Assembly (NCBI GenBank): GCA_050613775.1
Contig: JBODTK010000132.1
Coordinates: 434,001-480,343 of the forward strand
Direction: 5' to 3'
Source: Neocallimastix sp. 'constans'
Taxonomy: Eukaryota
DNA: 46,343 bases
Positions 1-12,560 of this stretch are shown piece after piece. The position numbers were made by a program, and so were the translations under genes. The stretch's first letter is position 1, and the number at the start of each line of letters is the position of its first letter. Under the pieces are notes generated by a model. That model did no database searches and had not been told where the DNA came from. It saw only the letters and a list, made by a program, of their open reading frames with translations.

Positions 1-1954
1 TACGTTTAACTTTAGCCTGATTATAATCAGAAACGGCAATATTATAATTATTAGTTCTGTTTCTGTTTTTATTACGACGATGAATGAAATTTTCCTTTAA
101 TTGTTCCTTCTTATAATTTAAAAAGCCACCATTATTTAAATTTAAATTCATAAAAGTATTCGTAGGAGAAAGTGGACCTAATATATTGCTATTATTATTG
201 CCATTTTCAGGATCATAAAGTCTTTGAATTTTAACCTTAGAAAGGTCATTAATATCAGCCTCACTTTCTAATCTTATTTGATCCCTTAAATGAACATATC
301 TTGATTGTTTTGGTGAAGTAGTTTCATCTTCATCAATGTAAAAGCTACTGTCATGATTCTTTAATTCAGCAGGAATAATATTTACATTCCTATATCCATC
401 ATTTTCGTAATTATTTTTAGCATTTGGGTAGAGACGACTTGCCTTAATAGTACTTTCACTAAAGGAAGATTCGTAATTACTTTGATCAATAACAGATTCA
501 CTTTTATGACGACTATTATTAATAACTTGACCTTCCGGTATTTCACTTAAATAGGTATTCATTGAAGGTTGTACCTGTAATGGAATAGTTTTTTGGAAAT
601 TATTATTTTGACTATTACTATGACTACGATTACGACTACGTTGAATGAGCTCAGAATTCATATTGCCAACAATTGCATCAACAGGGTTTTGAGAAGAAGT
701 AAATGATGTATCTTGAAGATCAAGAGAACTTCTAGCTTTCACAGCAACATTAGAAATGTTACCCATATTATTACTAATCATACTATTTCTTAGTCCTGTA
801 TTTGGTTTATTTATATTTCCACCTAAAAGGTTAACAGATTGATTATTAGAAGAAGAGAAACTATGATGACTTAATGCATCCAATATACTTTCAGCATTAT
901 CAACAATAGAATCCACTTCTTCCATATTGTAATGATGCATTGTTTCTAAATCTTCAATACTAAAGCTTTTACCAACATGAATATTACCTATATTTAGAGC
1001 AGCATTTTGTTGACGTGGACTTAAATGACTACTATGAATATTTTCGATATTGAAACTCTTAGACATCGGTAACTTTTGATATATATTTGAATTAAAATAG
1101 CCACGTTCTTGTGGGGTTGAGTTCGTATAACTTACATGACTTCTATTACTTTGGAAAGAATTTTCATGTAAATTGAGTTGGGAATAATTATCATTAGTCA
1201 TTGGGATATTTTTTATATTACTGTTACGACCCATATTTCCTGGTTGAGGGGAAGCAATAATCGATGAGGATGCTTTAGAAGAAAGAACTGAAGGGGTGGC
1301 CACTCTTCCATTACTAGTAAGAGTAGGACTCATCATGTATTGTTTACGTTCTAATACATTTTGACCTCTATTTCTACGAACATCATTAATTTCAGTGTAA
1401 GAATAATTCACTAAAGATTTCACAGGAGGCATTAATTGTGAATCATTGGTAGCATTTGTAGAACTATAAGATATGCGTTGTAATGATGGATTTCCAATAT
1501 CATACGTAACATAATTGGAATTATTAATACTTATGTTATTAGAAAGATAACTTCTATTCAATGATTCTTGATCAACATTTTCCATCATAGAACGATTGGT
1601 TGTACTTGGATAATATGTAGCAGTTGGAACATCAATATTTTCATTAGAATTTTGTTTACTTCTTGAAGTATATGAGTTCAGGGTTGTTGATTTATCAGAT
1701 GTTTGAGAATATAATGATTTAAAAGCATTCAAATTATTTAGATTATTGTTATCATCACTAAAATTAAATGATTTCCTAACTTGATCATTTGATTTATTTA
1801 TTCCATCAGTAAATTTAATTTCACGACTTACTGTATTTGAACTCTTATTAAAATATTTACAACAGCAAATAAATAATATTATTAGAAGAATAACTACTAA
1901 TATTATTAAACCTATTACTATTAATTCCAGTGCTTTCCTTGATATTTCTATCAT
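1..1954 (-). CDS. Partial (3' end outside window) single-pass membrane protein with long Ser/Asn-rich disordered tail
   Basis: ATG at 1954 gives MIEISRKALELIVIGLIILVVILLIILFICCCKYFNKSS (N-terminal hydrophobic helix followed by CCC). The frame was open wherever spot-checked, down to base 2 (...NIAVSDYNQAKVKR), and GC is clearly higher than the flanks. It is missing from the ORF track because no stop lies in the window. Confidence 0.85.
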   Translation of the reverse strand, partial: MIEISRKALELIVIGLIILVVILLIILFICCCKYFNKSSNTVSREIKFTDGINKSNDQVRKSFNFSDDNNNLNNLNAFKSLYSQTSDKSTTLNSYTSRSKQNSNENIDVPTATYYPSTTNRSMMENVDQESLNRSYLSNNISINNSNYVTYDIGNPSLQRISYSSTNATNDSQLMPPVKSLVNYSYTEINDVRRNRGQNVLERKQYMMSPTLTSNGRVATPSVLSSKASSSIIASPQPGNMGRNSNIKNIPMTNDNYSQLNLHENSFQSNRSHVSYTNSTPQERGYFNSNIYQKLPMSKSFNIENIHSSHLSPRQQNAALNIGNIHVGKSFSIEDLETMHHYNMEEVDSIVDNAESILDALSHHSFSSSNNQSVNLLGGNINKPNTGLRNSMISNNMGNISNVAVKARSSLDLQDTSFTSSQNPVDAIVGNMNSELIQRSRNRSHSNSQNNNFQKTIPLQVQPSMNTYLSEIPEGQVINNSRHKSESVIDQSNYESSFSESTIKASRLYPNAKNNYENDGYRNVNIIPAELKNHDSSFYIDEDETTSPKQSRYVHLRDQIRLESEADINDLSKVKIQRLYDPENGNNNSNILGPLSPTNTFMNLNLNNGGFLNYKKEQLKENFIHRRNKNRNRTNNYNIAVSDYNQAKVKR

Positions 1955-2321
1955 TTTTGAATTTGTATAGTATTTGTATATTTATATATAAATTAATGTG
2001 TATTCCTTTGAATAATTTATTTTATTATTATTATTATAATTAATATTTAAAATCATAATCTATTTTTTATTTAATAATAATAATAATTAATATAAATGTT
2101 AATTATTTTCAACGTATAAATTAAATATTATTAATAAAATTTATATATATTTAATATCTTAATTAAATAAATAATCATATATGATTTTTCATAATAATTT
2201 ACTTACTTTATGAAGCGATTTCTAAATTAATATTTTTAATTAATAATGAAACTATTTATTTTTTTCTTTAAAAAGTTTCTTTATTTTATTTTCAGAATGA
2301 GAAAAAGTTTTATTAAACAAC

Positions 2322-2373
<52 letters not shown>

Positions 2374-4964
2374 AAATTTTAACTGTCGAAATTATTAATA
2401 AATAATGTTTGATTTGACAGAAATTGTTTTTCAAATGTAAATTATTAAAAATATTCTTCTATTATTATTGTTATTAAAAAATTATTAATTAATGAATTTC
2501 CTTTTATCTTAAATATATTTTTATTATATATTAGAATGGCTTAAAAGGTTTATATATTTTTTTCATATAAAAAAAAGCTCTCCATTCCCTTTATTTTTTA
2601 TATTAAATAAATTTAAATTATTATTACTATATAACAAAGTTGTTTTTTTTTTTAATTAATTTCTTGAACAATTTTAATTTTTTTTTTGTTTTTTAAATAA
2701 AAAAAATGCTTTCTGAGATATTTCTTGAATTTACTTTATAACTTTTTTTTTAATGTATAATAATTATAATATATTGTTATTTCTTTAATTATTATGAAAT
2801 TATTTCCAAAATATAAAATATGAATTCAAAACTTAGAAATAATTACAATAATATATAAATTTTAAAAAATTCTTCAAAAAATAAAAAGCTGATATATAAA
2901 AGAAGTTATATACAGTAAATTTCTATATATATAAATATATATAAATAATAAAATTTAAATTTATTGAATAATTAATTTTAGTAGGATTCAATATCGAATT
3001 GAATATTTTTTAATAATGAAATTAATTATGCATATATGTAAATAGAGGCTTTAATGAATTTATTACTTTATTTTTATTTATTTTGTTTTCCTTTTTTTAT
3101 TATTATTATTATTATATTATTACTATTATTAGGGCAAAATTATAAAATTCTAATGAACAATTATCATTTAGATTTTTTTTTTTTTTTTGATTAGATACAA
3201 AGTTTTATATATAAAAGTATATATATAATAAATTTACTTGAAATTTTAAAGAACTTTTAAAATATGAATAAAATATGAATAAATAATGAATTATTTCAGT
3301 ATTTAAAATATTTTTAAAGATTTTTCTCAAAGTTGTTAATGAAAGATAGTATTGTATTTTTTTAAAAAATTATTCATTCTTTCTATAAAGAATCTTTTTT
3401 CTTTTTTTTTTTAAGAATCAATCTGTATTTCCAATAAATAACAACTTCTTTTATCAACTATAAATAAATCACAATAACTTGTTTCTAATCTATTTTTTTA
3501 CTTATAGTAGTTGTAATATTTTATTGTAAAGAAAAAAAAAATGAAATAAAAAAAATGTATATTATATAGAGTAATCAAAAATAAAAAAAAAAAAATTAAT
3601 CTATAATTATATTAAATAAGATTTATTTAAGCTAAATTAATTTTTTTAATATAAATTAAAATATTATATATTGATTTACAATATTTATTTATATATTATG
3701 AATAATGTAATTATACATGCAAAGCTGTTTTTTTTTAAAAAAAAAAAAAAATAAAAAAAAAACTTCATAAATTTTATAGTGAAATATTAAATAATACACC
3801 AATAAAATATATATATCTAAAATAAAATTTTGACACTACTTTTTTATAATAAATAAGCTTTTCAAATATAAATTATAAATTATATAATATATATATATAT
3901 ATAATTTATTGGATATATTACTTTACAATACCTTTAAATAAATAAAAAGAAAATATATTAAAAATTAATAATTAAAATGAACAATTAAAGTGGGTTTTTG
4001 AAAAAATTTAACTCAATATACGTTATACAAAAATTAATATATTATGTTATATTATAATATATTATAATATATTAAACTAACAAAATAAATATAAAATTTT
4101 TTTTGTTTATTTTTTTTTTTAATTTTTTTTTTTAGAAAAATTATTATTAAATTTTATATAATATGTTATTATACTAGATAGTGTATATATTTTTTACTAT
4201 ACATTATATTACTAATACATTTATATTATATTTACATTTAATCAAAATAAAAGATTTTTCTATTTAAGGTATTAATTTTAAATAAAAAGAAAAAAATTCG
4301 TCGATTTTGTACTTTTCTTTATTTCCCTTTTTTTTTTTTTTTTTTTTTTTTATATTTATTCAATTATTAATTTTTAATTTTTAAAAATCTTTTTATATTT
4401 GTGTTCCTCTAGCTACATATTATGACTATATTATATACTCAAATAGAAATATTCAATACATAATAAAATTTTTTTTTTAATTCTTTTAGCTCTCAATAAA
4501 TATACACATAATATTTTATATTTAAATCGTTGTATATAATTATATATAAAAATAAAATAAAATAAATGCCACTTTCAATTTTCAAATTTTTTTTGCATCA
4601 TTCTAAATTTTTTTTTAAGTATTAATTGTATTAATCTAAAAATAATAATATTTAAGATTCTAAATCTCTATCTAATAGCAAAAATGATACAAACCTTATT
4701 TAATATTAAAATTGTTTTTCCTTTTTATATATATATTAATATATACATACTGTTTTATTTTTACTTATTTTAATTATTTAAATTATAATATATCCATAAC
4801 ATATATTAAATGCATTTTTATATGAACTTTTAAATCAAATTAATAGTAATAACTAACAAAACTTATTTTCTTATTCTATTAATTATACTTTTTTCACCAA
4901 AAAAAAAAAAAAAAGAAAAAAGAAAAAAAATTGGTTCTAAATTTATAATTCATTTATTTGTTTT

Positions 4965-5170
4965 TTATTATTTATTATTTATTATTTATTATTTATTATT
5001 TATTATTATTTAATTATTTAATTATTTAATTATTTAATTATTTAATTATTTAATTATTTATTATTTATTATTTATTATTTATTATTTATTATTTATTATT
5101 TATTATTTATTATTTATTATTTAATTATTTAATTATTTATTTAATTTTAATTTTTAATTTATTTATTTTT
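4965..5170. repeat. AT-rich microsatellite (TTATTTA / TTAATTAT units)
   Basis: Visible tandem 7-8 nt units. Confidence 0.8.
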
Positions 5171-5614
5171 ATTAGAAATTATTTATATAAAAAAAAATAA
5201 ATTTTAATTTGGTGAAATTAATATAATCTAAATGACAATTAATAAATTGATGAAATATTTTAATACAAAAAAAATTAATTAAAACTTCAATAGAAATTCT
5301 TTTAAGATAGTTTTATAATTGTATATAATTAAAGGTAATTATTATTTTAATCCTTTTTTTTTATGTAATATTTTCAAATGTAATGTATATTAGTATATAT
5401 TAACTTTTAAAATATTTTTTTCCAATTCTCATAATATTATTTTCAAAATAAATATCTTTTTACCATATGTTAAAACAAAAAAAGAAAATAATAATAATAA
5501 TATTAAAATATATTTGAAACATAATAAAATGAAGAGTGATGATATTATTACACAACAAAAATTTATTTATTTCATCTTAATTATTCCTTAATAGTCAATA
5601 TTATTGTTAAACAA

Positions 5615-5872
5615 ATTAAATAAAATAAAATAAAGTAAAATAAAATAAAATAAAATAAAATAAAATAAAATAAAATAATATAAAATAATATAAAATAATA
5701 TAAAATAAAATAATATAATATAAAATAATATAATATAAAATAAAATAAAATAATATAAAATAAAATAAAAAATTAGTAAAATAAATAGTAGAAATATAAA
5801 TATGAAGTACAGAATGAATAAAATAAAATAAATAGTAGAATAAATATAAAGTACAGAATGAATAAAATAAAA
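5615..5872. repeat. (TAAAA)n microsatellite ending in two copies of a ~45-bp unit containing AAGTACAGAATGAATA
   Basis: TAAAA/TAATA run, then aaatagtagaa...aagtacagaatgaataaaataaaa twice (5781-5872). Confidence 0.8.
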
Positions 5873-6086
5873 GATAATAAAAAATAATAAAAAAAAAAGA
5901 AAAGAAAAAGTGAAAAAAAAATTCTATACAATAAATAAAAGTTTTTCGTTTATGTTTAGGATCATTGATTTTGCATAATAAGAATAATTAATTTATAATT
6001 ATAAATAATTAAAAGAAAAGCATGAAATTAAATATATTCCCAAACATTTCTTTAAATTTAAATTATATATTAATAACAATTATTAT

Positions 6087-6117
<31 letters not shown>

Positions 6118-7398
6118 TTATAAATGTTGAAATTATTTGTTAAAATAAAAACTTTTTATTATTAAAATTAGGAAAAGATTTGCAATTCGTATAAATTATA
6201 ATATATTTATGTTATTTATGTTTATATTAAATTTTAAGGATTAAGACTAAAATTTAAAATGTAAATTCTTTTTATATTCATATAATTTATTTATGTGTAA
6301 TATATATATTTTATTATTTATTATTTATATTTATTATTATTTATTTATTATTTATATTTATTATTATTTATTTATTATTTATATTTATTATTATTTATTT
6401 ATTTATTTATTTAATATTTAATTATTTATTATAAATATTAGTTTTTTATTATTCATTATTTATTATTAGTATATATGTAAATATTTTTTAATATATTATA
6501 TAATATGATATAAAAAATTCTTATTTTTCCTTTATTCATTAATTTTTTTATCCCATAATTTTTTTATTGAAACTGTTAAAATAATCACATTTTATTTTAT
6601 ATTTTTATATTATTAATATTATATTTTTATATTCTTATATTATTATCAATATTATATTCTTATCTTATATTAATATTTTATTCTTATATTTTTATGTTGT
6701 GTAACATTTATCTATGTGTATTAATTCATAGAATTATCACATGATTAAATATGTAATTTTTACTATAAAAAAATAATTATTTTTATTTTCTTAAAAAAAT
6801 GAGTTCTTTACATTAATAAAATTTATGTATTAAATAAATACAAAAATAAATTAAAGTTTATTATATAAAACACACATATTTTTCTCAGAAACTTTATAAT
6901 ATATAATTTAAAACATTAGGGAATTAACCCTTAACTATTTATATTTTCAAATTAAGACCTATCATATTTAACCAAATATTATTAAAATATATTTCAATAA
7001 TATTTGATTAAATATTTGAAAATAAATCCCATTGAATTAAAACTATATTTTGTATATATAATTCAAGAATATTCTGATATTTTAAAATAAAATAACTTTC
7101 AAAGAAAGAAAATATTTTATTTTTTATCAAACATATAATAATCATAAAATGGCTTCAAAATATATATTTAAAAAAAAAAAAAAAAAAAAAAAACTAATTA
7201 AAATAAATCTATGAAATTTCTTTATAACACTACAATAAATCTTTTAAAGTATTTAATTAAGGAAAAAATTGATTTTTTTTAATTTATTAAACTTTAATAT
7301 TAATTTCATATAATTAAATTTATAATTTAATCAATTTGAAAGTATTCAATTAAATTAGATTAAAAAAAGTAATAAAAACAATAAAAAGAATAGTGTCT

Positions 7399-7518
7399 TC
7401 CAGTAAGGACAATTCTGCCTTTATAAAAAGGAAGTGTGTGCCTTAATATTCCCACTACTCCTGAGGGGGGGTGAAACCAAGGGTGACATATGAAATAAAT
7501 AAATAAATAAATAAATAA
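7399..7518 (+). mobile_element. Short retroposed insert (5'-truncated non-LTR 3' end or SINE) with (TAAA)n tail
   Basis: GC-rich ~95-bp island followed by (TAAA)n. Flanked by the direct repeat AATAGTGTCT (7389-7398) / AATGGTGTCT (7519-7528), 9/10 identical, as expected for a target-site duplication. Confidence 0.7.
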
Positions 7519-8239
7519 AATGGTGTCTATAAAAATATTACTAATAAAATCAAAAAATGTGGTAATGATATGTTAATTATGAGTAAATCATTACAAAAAA
7601 TATTTTATTTAATCTTTTTAATTTATTTAATAACCAAAAAACTTTTATACATATATAATTAAAAAAAAAAAAAAAAACTCTTCAATTTTTAATTTTTCAT
7701 ATATATATATTTTAAGAATTAATTTTATCAATAGCTATAATTTTAGTATTTTTTAATAATATATATATAATAGTAATAAATTATAATATTGAGATAATTA
7801 TATAATAGCATTAAAAATTAATATTATAATTTTTTTAATTTTTTTTTTTTTTTTTTTTTTTTACTTTTTATCTTGGTGAATCTACTCTTTATTAGGAAAA
7901 AAAAAAGTGATGTGATTACCAAAATATATATATCTCATACAATGTTGAAACATGTCAAAATTTTTATAAACCAACCAAACGTATATAATGAGCTATTAAA
8001 CTGATATTAAAAAGTTTATTTAATATAAATTTGTGTTAATTAAAATTTGAAACTTCAATATTATTATTTAAAATAATTTATTATTATAATAGATTTTTAT
8101 TCGTTTTATAAATTGGTTTACTAAGGATATTTATTATTTATTTAAATAATTAAATATATGACAAAATGAACGAACTTTAAAAAAAAATCTCATTTGAATT
8201 ACTAATAATTTTTTTTGATGAAAATCAAAAAATTGTCAA

Positions 8240-8290
8240 AAATAAACAAATAAACAAACAAACAAACAAACAAACAAACAAACAAACAAA

Positions 8291-8385
<95 letters not shown>

Positions 8386-8540
8386 ATTTATAAATAAATA
8401 AATAAATAGGTAAATAAATAGATAATAAATAAATAAATAGATAATAAATAAATAAATAGATAAATAAATAAATAAATAGATAAATAAATAGATAATAAAT
8501 AAATAAATAGATAAATAAATAAATAGATAAATAAATAAAT
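8240..8540. repeat. (CAAA)n/(TAAA)n/(TAGA) compound microsatellite
   Basis: Visible tetranucleotide array; it explains the spurious ORFs 8225..8650 and 8236..8571. Confidence 0.95.
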
Positions 8541-9695
8541 ATATATATATATGTTTTAATAGTACTTGCAATTATATTTAGAATATAAATATATTTTAGT
8601 TTTTTTTTTTTATATAAATATATATATATATTTTTTAATTTGATACTCATTTAATATATATATAATTCCATATTAAAATTTTTAAGATCTCTATAATTAT
8701 TACAGTTTCTATAAATGTATTTGATATTTAATATTTAGTGTAACGTTTCAGTTTTAGTTTATTTTTATTTTTTTTTTTATGTTCATCAATTTCAATTTTA
8801 TTCTTTCTTTTATTTAATAACAATATTATTATATAAAAAAAACTTGAAAGTGTTACATTATATAAACGTATTTCTTTATTTTTATGCCATATTGTATACT
8901 ACTTTAATTAAATATTTTATAATTATATATAAAACTATTATCAAATATATTTAAATTATTTATTTATATTTATATCATTTAATAATATTAAATTTTATTT
9001 ATAACAATATCACTAGTTAAAAAAGTATGCATGTAATAATATAAGTTCAAAAAAAAAAAAAAAAAAAAAAAATAAATTTCCTTTTTAATAAAACTTTGTT
9101 AATAATTTATGAAAATAAAATATTTTTAGAGTTTATAGTTTTTTTTTTTTTTTTTTTTTTTAAAAAAAATTTATTTGTGCTATATTTTAATTGATATGAA
9201 AAGTTATTTTATTATGTTTAAAAATTCTAACGAAGTAGGATATGTATATATGAATACTTCTAATTAAAAATAAATTGATACAAAATTAACTATATAATAT
9301 TAGAATATTAACATCAAATAGAATTAAGATATAAATAAAAGTTTGTTTTTATTTAAGATTTTATATATAATTCTAGTTTATTTTTATTTATTATTTTTTT
9401 TTGTGTATTCTGTTTGTATAATTCTACTAAATAAACAAGAAATATGGCGCTGATTCATAATTAAATCTTATTAAATATAATTATCATTATCATAATTATA
9501 AATTGATTAATTAATAAATTATTAGATTATACAAACTTATATATTTAATATTATGTTAGCATAATAAAGCCTTCATAATTCATAGTTATAATTAATGGAT
9601 AAGATTTTTTTTCTTTTTCTACTTATTTTTTTTTTTTTTTTTTAAATTTTAAATTTTAAAGCTGTTACAATTAAATATATAATTATTCTTTTTAT

Positions 9696-9747
<52 letters not shown>

Positions 9748-9844
9748 TATTATTATTATTATAAATTAATTTTTCGTAAAAGATAAATTTTTGATTAAAC
9801 ACATTGTTATTAGAATTTGAGTAAAGTATTATTTGAACAGAGTA

Positions 9845-10040
9845 AATGAAAAAATTTTTTATATAATATTAATATATAATAATAATGAAAATACTTTTTA
9901 CATAATATATATGTCTAATAATTATGAAAAATACTTTGTATATAATATTTATATATAATAATAATGAAAATACTTTTTATAATATCTATATCTAATAATA
10001 ATAAAAATATTGTTTATATAACATTTATATTTAATATTAT
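9845..10040. repeat. Minisatellite, ~38-bp unit, about 5 degenerate copies
   Basis: Unit approximately ATGAAAATACTTTTTATATAATATTTATATATAATAATA, with alternating variants. Confidence 0.7.
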
Positions 10041-11241
10041 GTTTAAATTACATTATAATATTTCTTTTTTTTCATATAATTTATAATATATAATTAGTAT
10101 TATTATGTTTCATTTATTATTATTATTATTATTATTTTTTTTTTAGTTCTTTTTTGCTATGGTTGTTACATTATAAATGATAATTATTAATTAAAATATA
10201 AATAATGGAATAATGAAATAATAAATAAAAAAATAATTTATAATACATAATTTGATGTATATAATAAAATTGTGGAACAATTAAAAAAATAAATAGATTT
10301 ATAAATAGATAGATAAATAAATAAATAATTATAAATATATTTTTTAATAATTAAAAAATAAAAAATATTAAAATTAAAAATTTAATAAATGATCCATAAT
10401 TTGATTAAATCATCTAACCTAATTTTATTCTGGTTTATTTTTTATCAAAATAGAATCATTAACTTTTTTTTTTTTTTTTTTTTGTCTTTTTTTTTTTATT
10501 AAAAACTGAAATATTATGAAATACTAAATATAATAATAAAAATGTTAATATTCTAAAAATATATTATATCATATTAAATATATATAATATAATATATAAT
10601 ATATAATATATAGTATATAATATTTAATACATTTTTTTTAAAAAAAAAAAAAATAAAATAAAAACAAAGGCAAATAATAATAAAAAGATATATGATTAAA
10701 TCATAATTAATAAAATTATTTATTTTTTATTATTTTTAAACTTTTTTTTTTTTTTTTTTAAAAAAAATGATAATAGATACTTATATATATAATCTTAGTT
10801 TTTAATATTTATCTATATATATCAGGGCATTAAGAGTAACTATAGGTTGGATGTTGATTCTACTAATAGAGAATAATGGCACCAACATTCAAATTTATAA
10901 TATTAATTTATGTGGTAATACTCAATAAATTATTTATTTATTGAAGAAGAAAAACATATTAAAGTAATGTATATGATATTGGTACCATGGTCACGAATGA
11001 AAATCGAGTTTGTTAATGTGGAAAAAAGAGTATTCATCAAAGTCTCGATGATAGTAGTAATGGTTATCAATATATGCCATAATAGTGAAAAAAAAAAAAA
11101 AAAACTTTATCCGTTGAATTTGTTATATAGCTATCTAAATGATGAAAAAAAAAAAAAAAAAATAACCACAATCTTTTTTGGGTTACTAAGATGAAACTAT
11201 TATTTGATTATAGTGAAAAATTGGAAAAATTTTATTATTTC

Positions 11242-11275
<34 letters not shown>

Positions 11276-11308
11276 CCTATTCATTCTTTGTATTCATGTC
11301 CAATTAGA

Positions 11309-11369
<61 letters not shown>

Positions 11370-11418
11370 TAGAACATACCTTTAAAGTAATGGTATTCTC
11401 TATTAATTAAATTTTTTG

Positions 11419-12202
11419 TCATATTTTTTTAATAATATATTTTAATAATATATAAGCGTAAAATAATAATTTATCATCTTTATCAGCCCCATTTTCAATT
11501 AATTCATTTTTAACATTTTTTTTATTCATTTCTGCTCCATATTTTTCAACTAAGCAATCTTCATAATATTTTTTATAGTTTCTTTTTCTAGCATATATCA
11601 ATTAATTACTACTATTTTTATCAAATTGAATTTATTTTAAATTTTATATCTGATATATCTGATTCCATTGTTCAATTTCAATTAAATATTTTCATAAATA
11701 GTTTTATTTTAACTTTTTTTACATGCATCAAATAATAATATTGATTCACCACTTTTAGTCTTCTTGATTTATATCTGCTTCATGTTTAATTAAAAAATAT
11801 TTTATAGTATTTTCCTTTTCCTTTTTTTTACATGTCATGTTCAATTAAATACTTTACAATATTTTTATTTTTACTTTTTTATATGTATCAAATAATAGTG
11901 TAATATTAGTTCACTACTTTTAGTCTTCTTGCTTTATATCTGCTTCATGTTCAATTAAAAAACACTTTACAGTATTTTAATTTTCCATTTTTAATGCCTT
12001 AAAATATTGATATTTTACCATTTGCTTATTTTTATTTTTATTTGCTCCATATTCGATTAAATACTTTACAATATTTTTATTTATACTTCTGTAGGCATTA
12101 AATAATGATGTTTCATCATTTTCGACTTCATGCTCAATATATATACCATGTTCAATTAAATACTTTACAATATTTTTATTTCCATTTCGGTATACATTAA
12201 AT

Positions 12203-12238
<36 letters not shown>

Positions 12239-12380
12239 ACTTCTTAGTATATATTTGCATTGTGTTCAATTCAACATTATACTATTTTTTTTATTTCCAC
12301 TAGAGTATACATAAATTGATGGTGTCATGAAATACATTTATTTTATTTATATCTTCTACATGTTTATTAAATACCTTACA

Positions 12381-12415
<35 letters not shown>

Positions 12416-12560
12416 CACTTCGACATGCATTAAATAAACGTTGTTCCATACTCAAAATTTTATATATTTATTTCTTCTCCAAGTCCAACTAAATATTTTA
12501 CTATATTTTCATTTCCATTATAATATGCATTAATATAATAATGGTTTTTCAAGTTTTTTA
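11419..12560 (-). pseudogene. Decayed ankyrin-repeat protein gene
   Basis: The minus strand reads NGNENIVKYLVGLG, LFNVYRNGNKNIVKYLIEHG, ETSLFNAYRSINKNIVKYLIEYGA and LIENGAD, all ankyrin consensus pieces. They are broken by stops, frameshifts and poly(A) runs. Confidence 0.85.

Noticed and set aside
7455..7490. CTGAG...GAAA resembling a hammerhead core; G-run resembling twister or group II intron 3' ends
   Set aside because: The core is CTGAGGG rather than CTGANGA, no stem II can form, and I could not build twister, HDV or domain V pairings on either strand.
8225..8650. ORFs of 141 and 111 aa (IYLF repeats)
   Set aside because: Translations of the (TAAA)n/(CAAA)n microsatellite.
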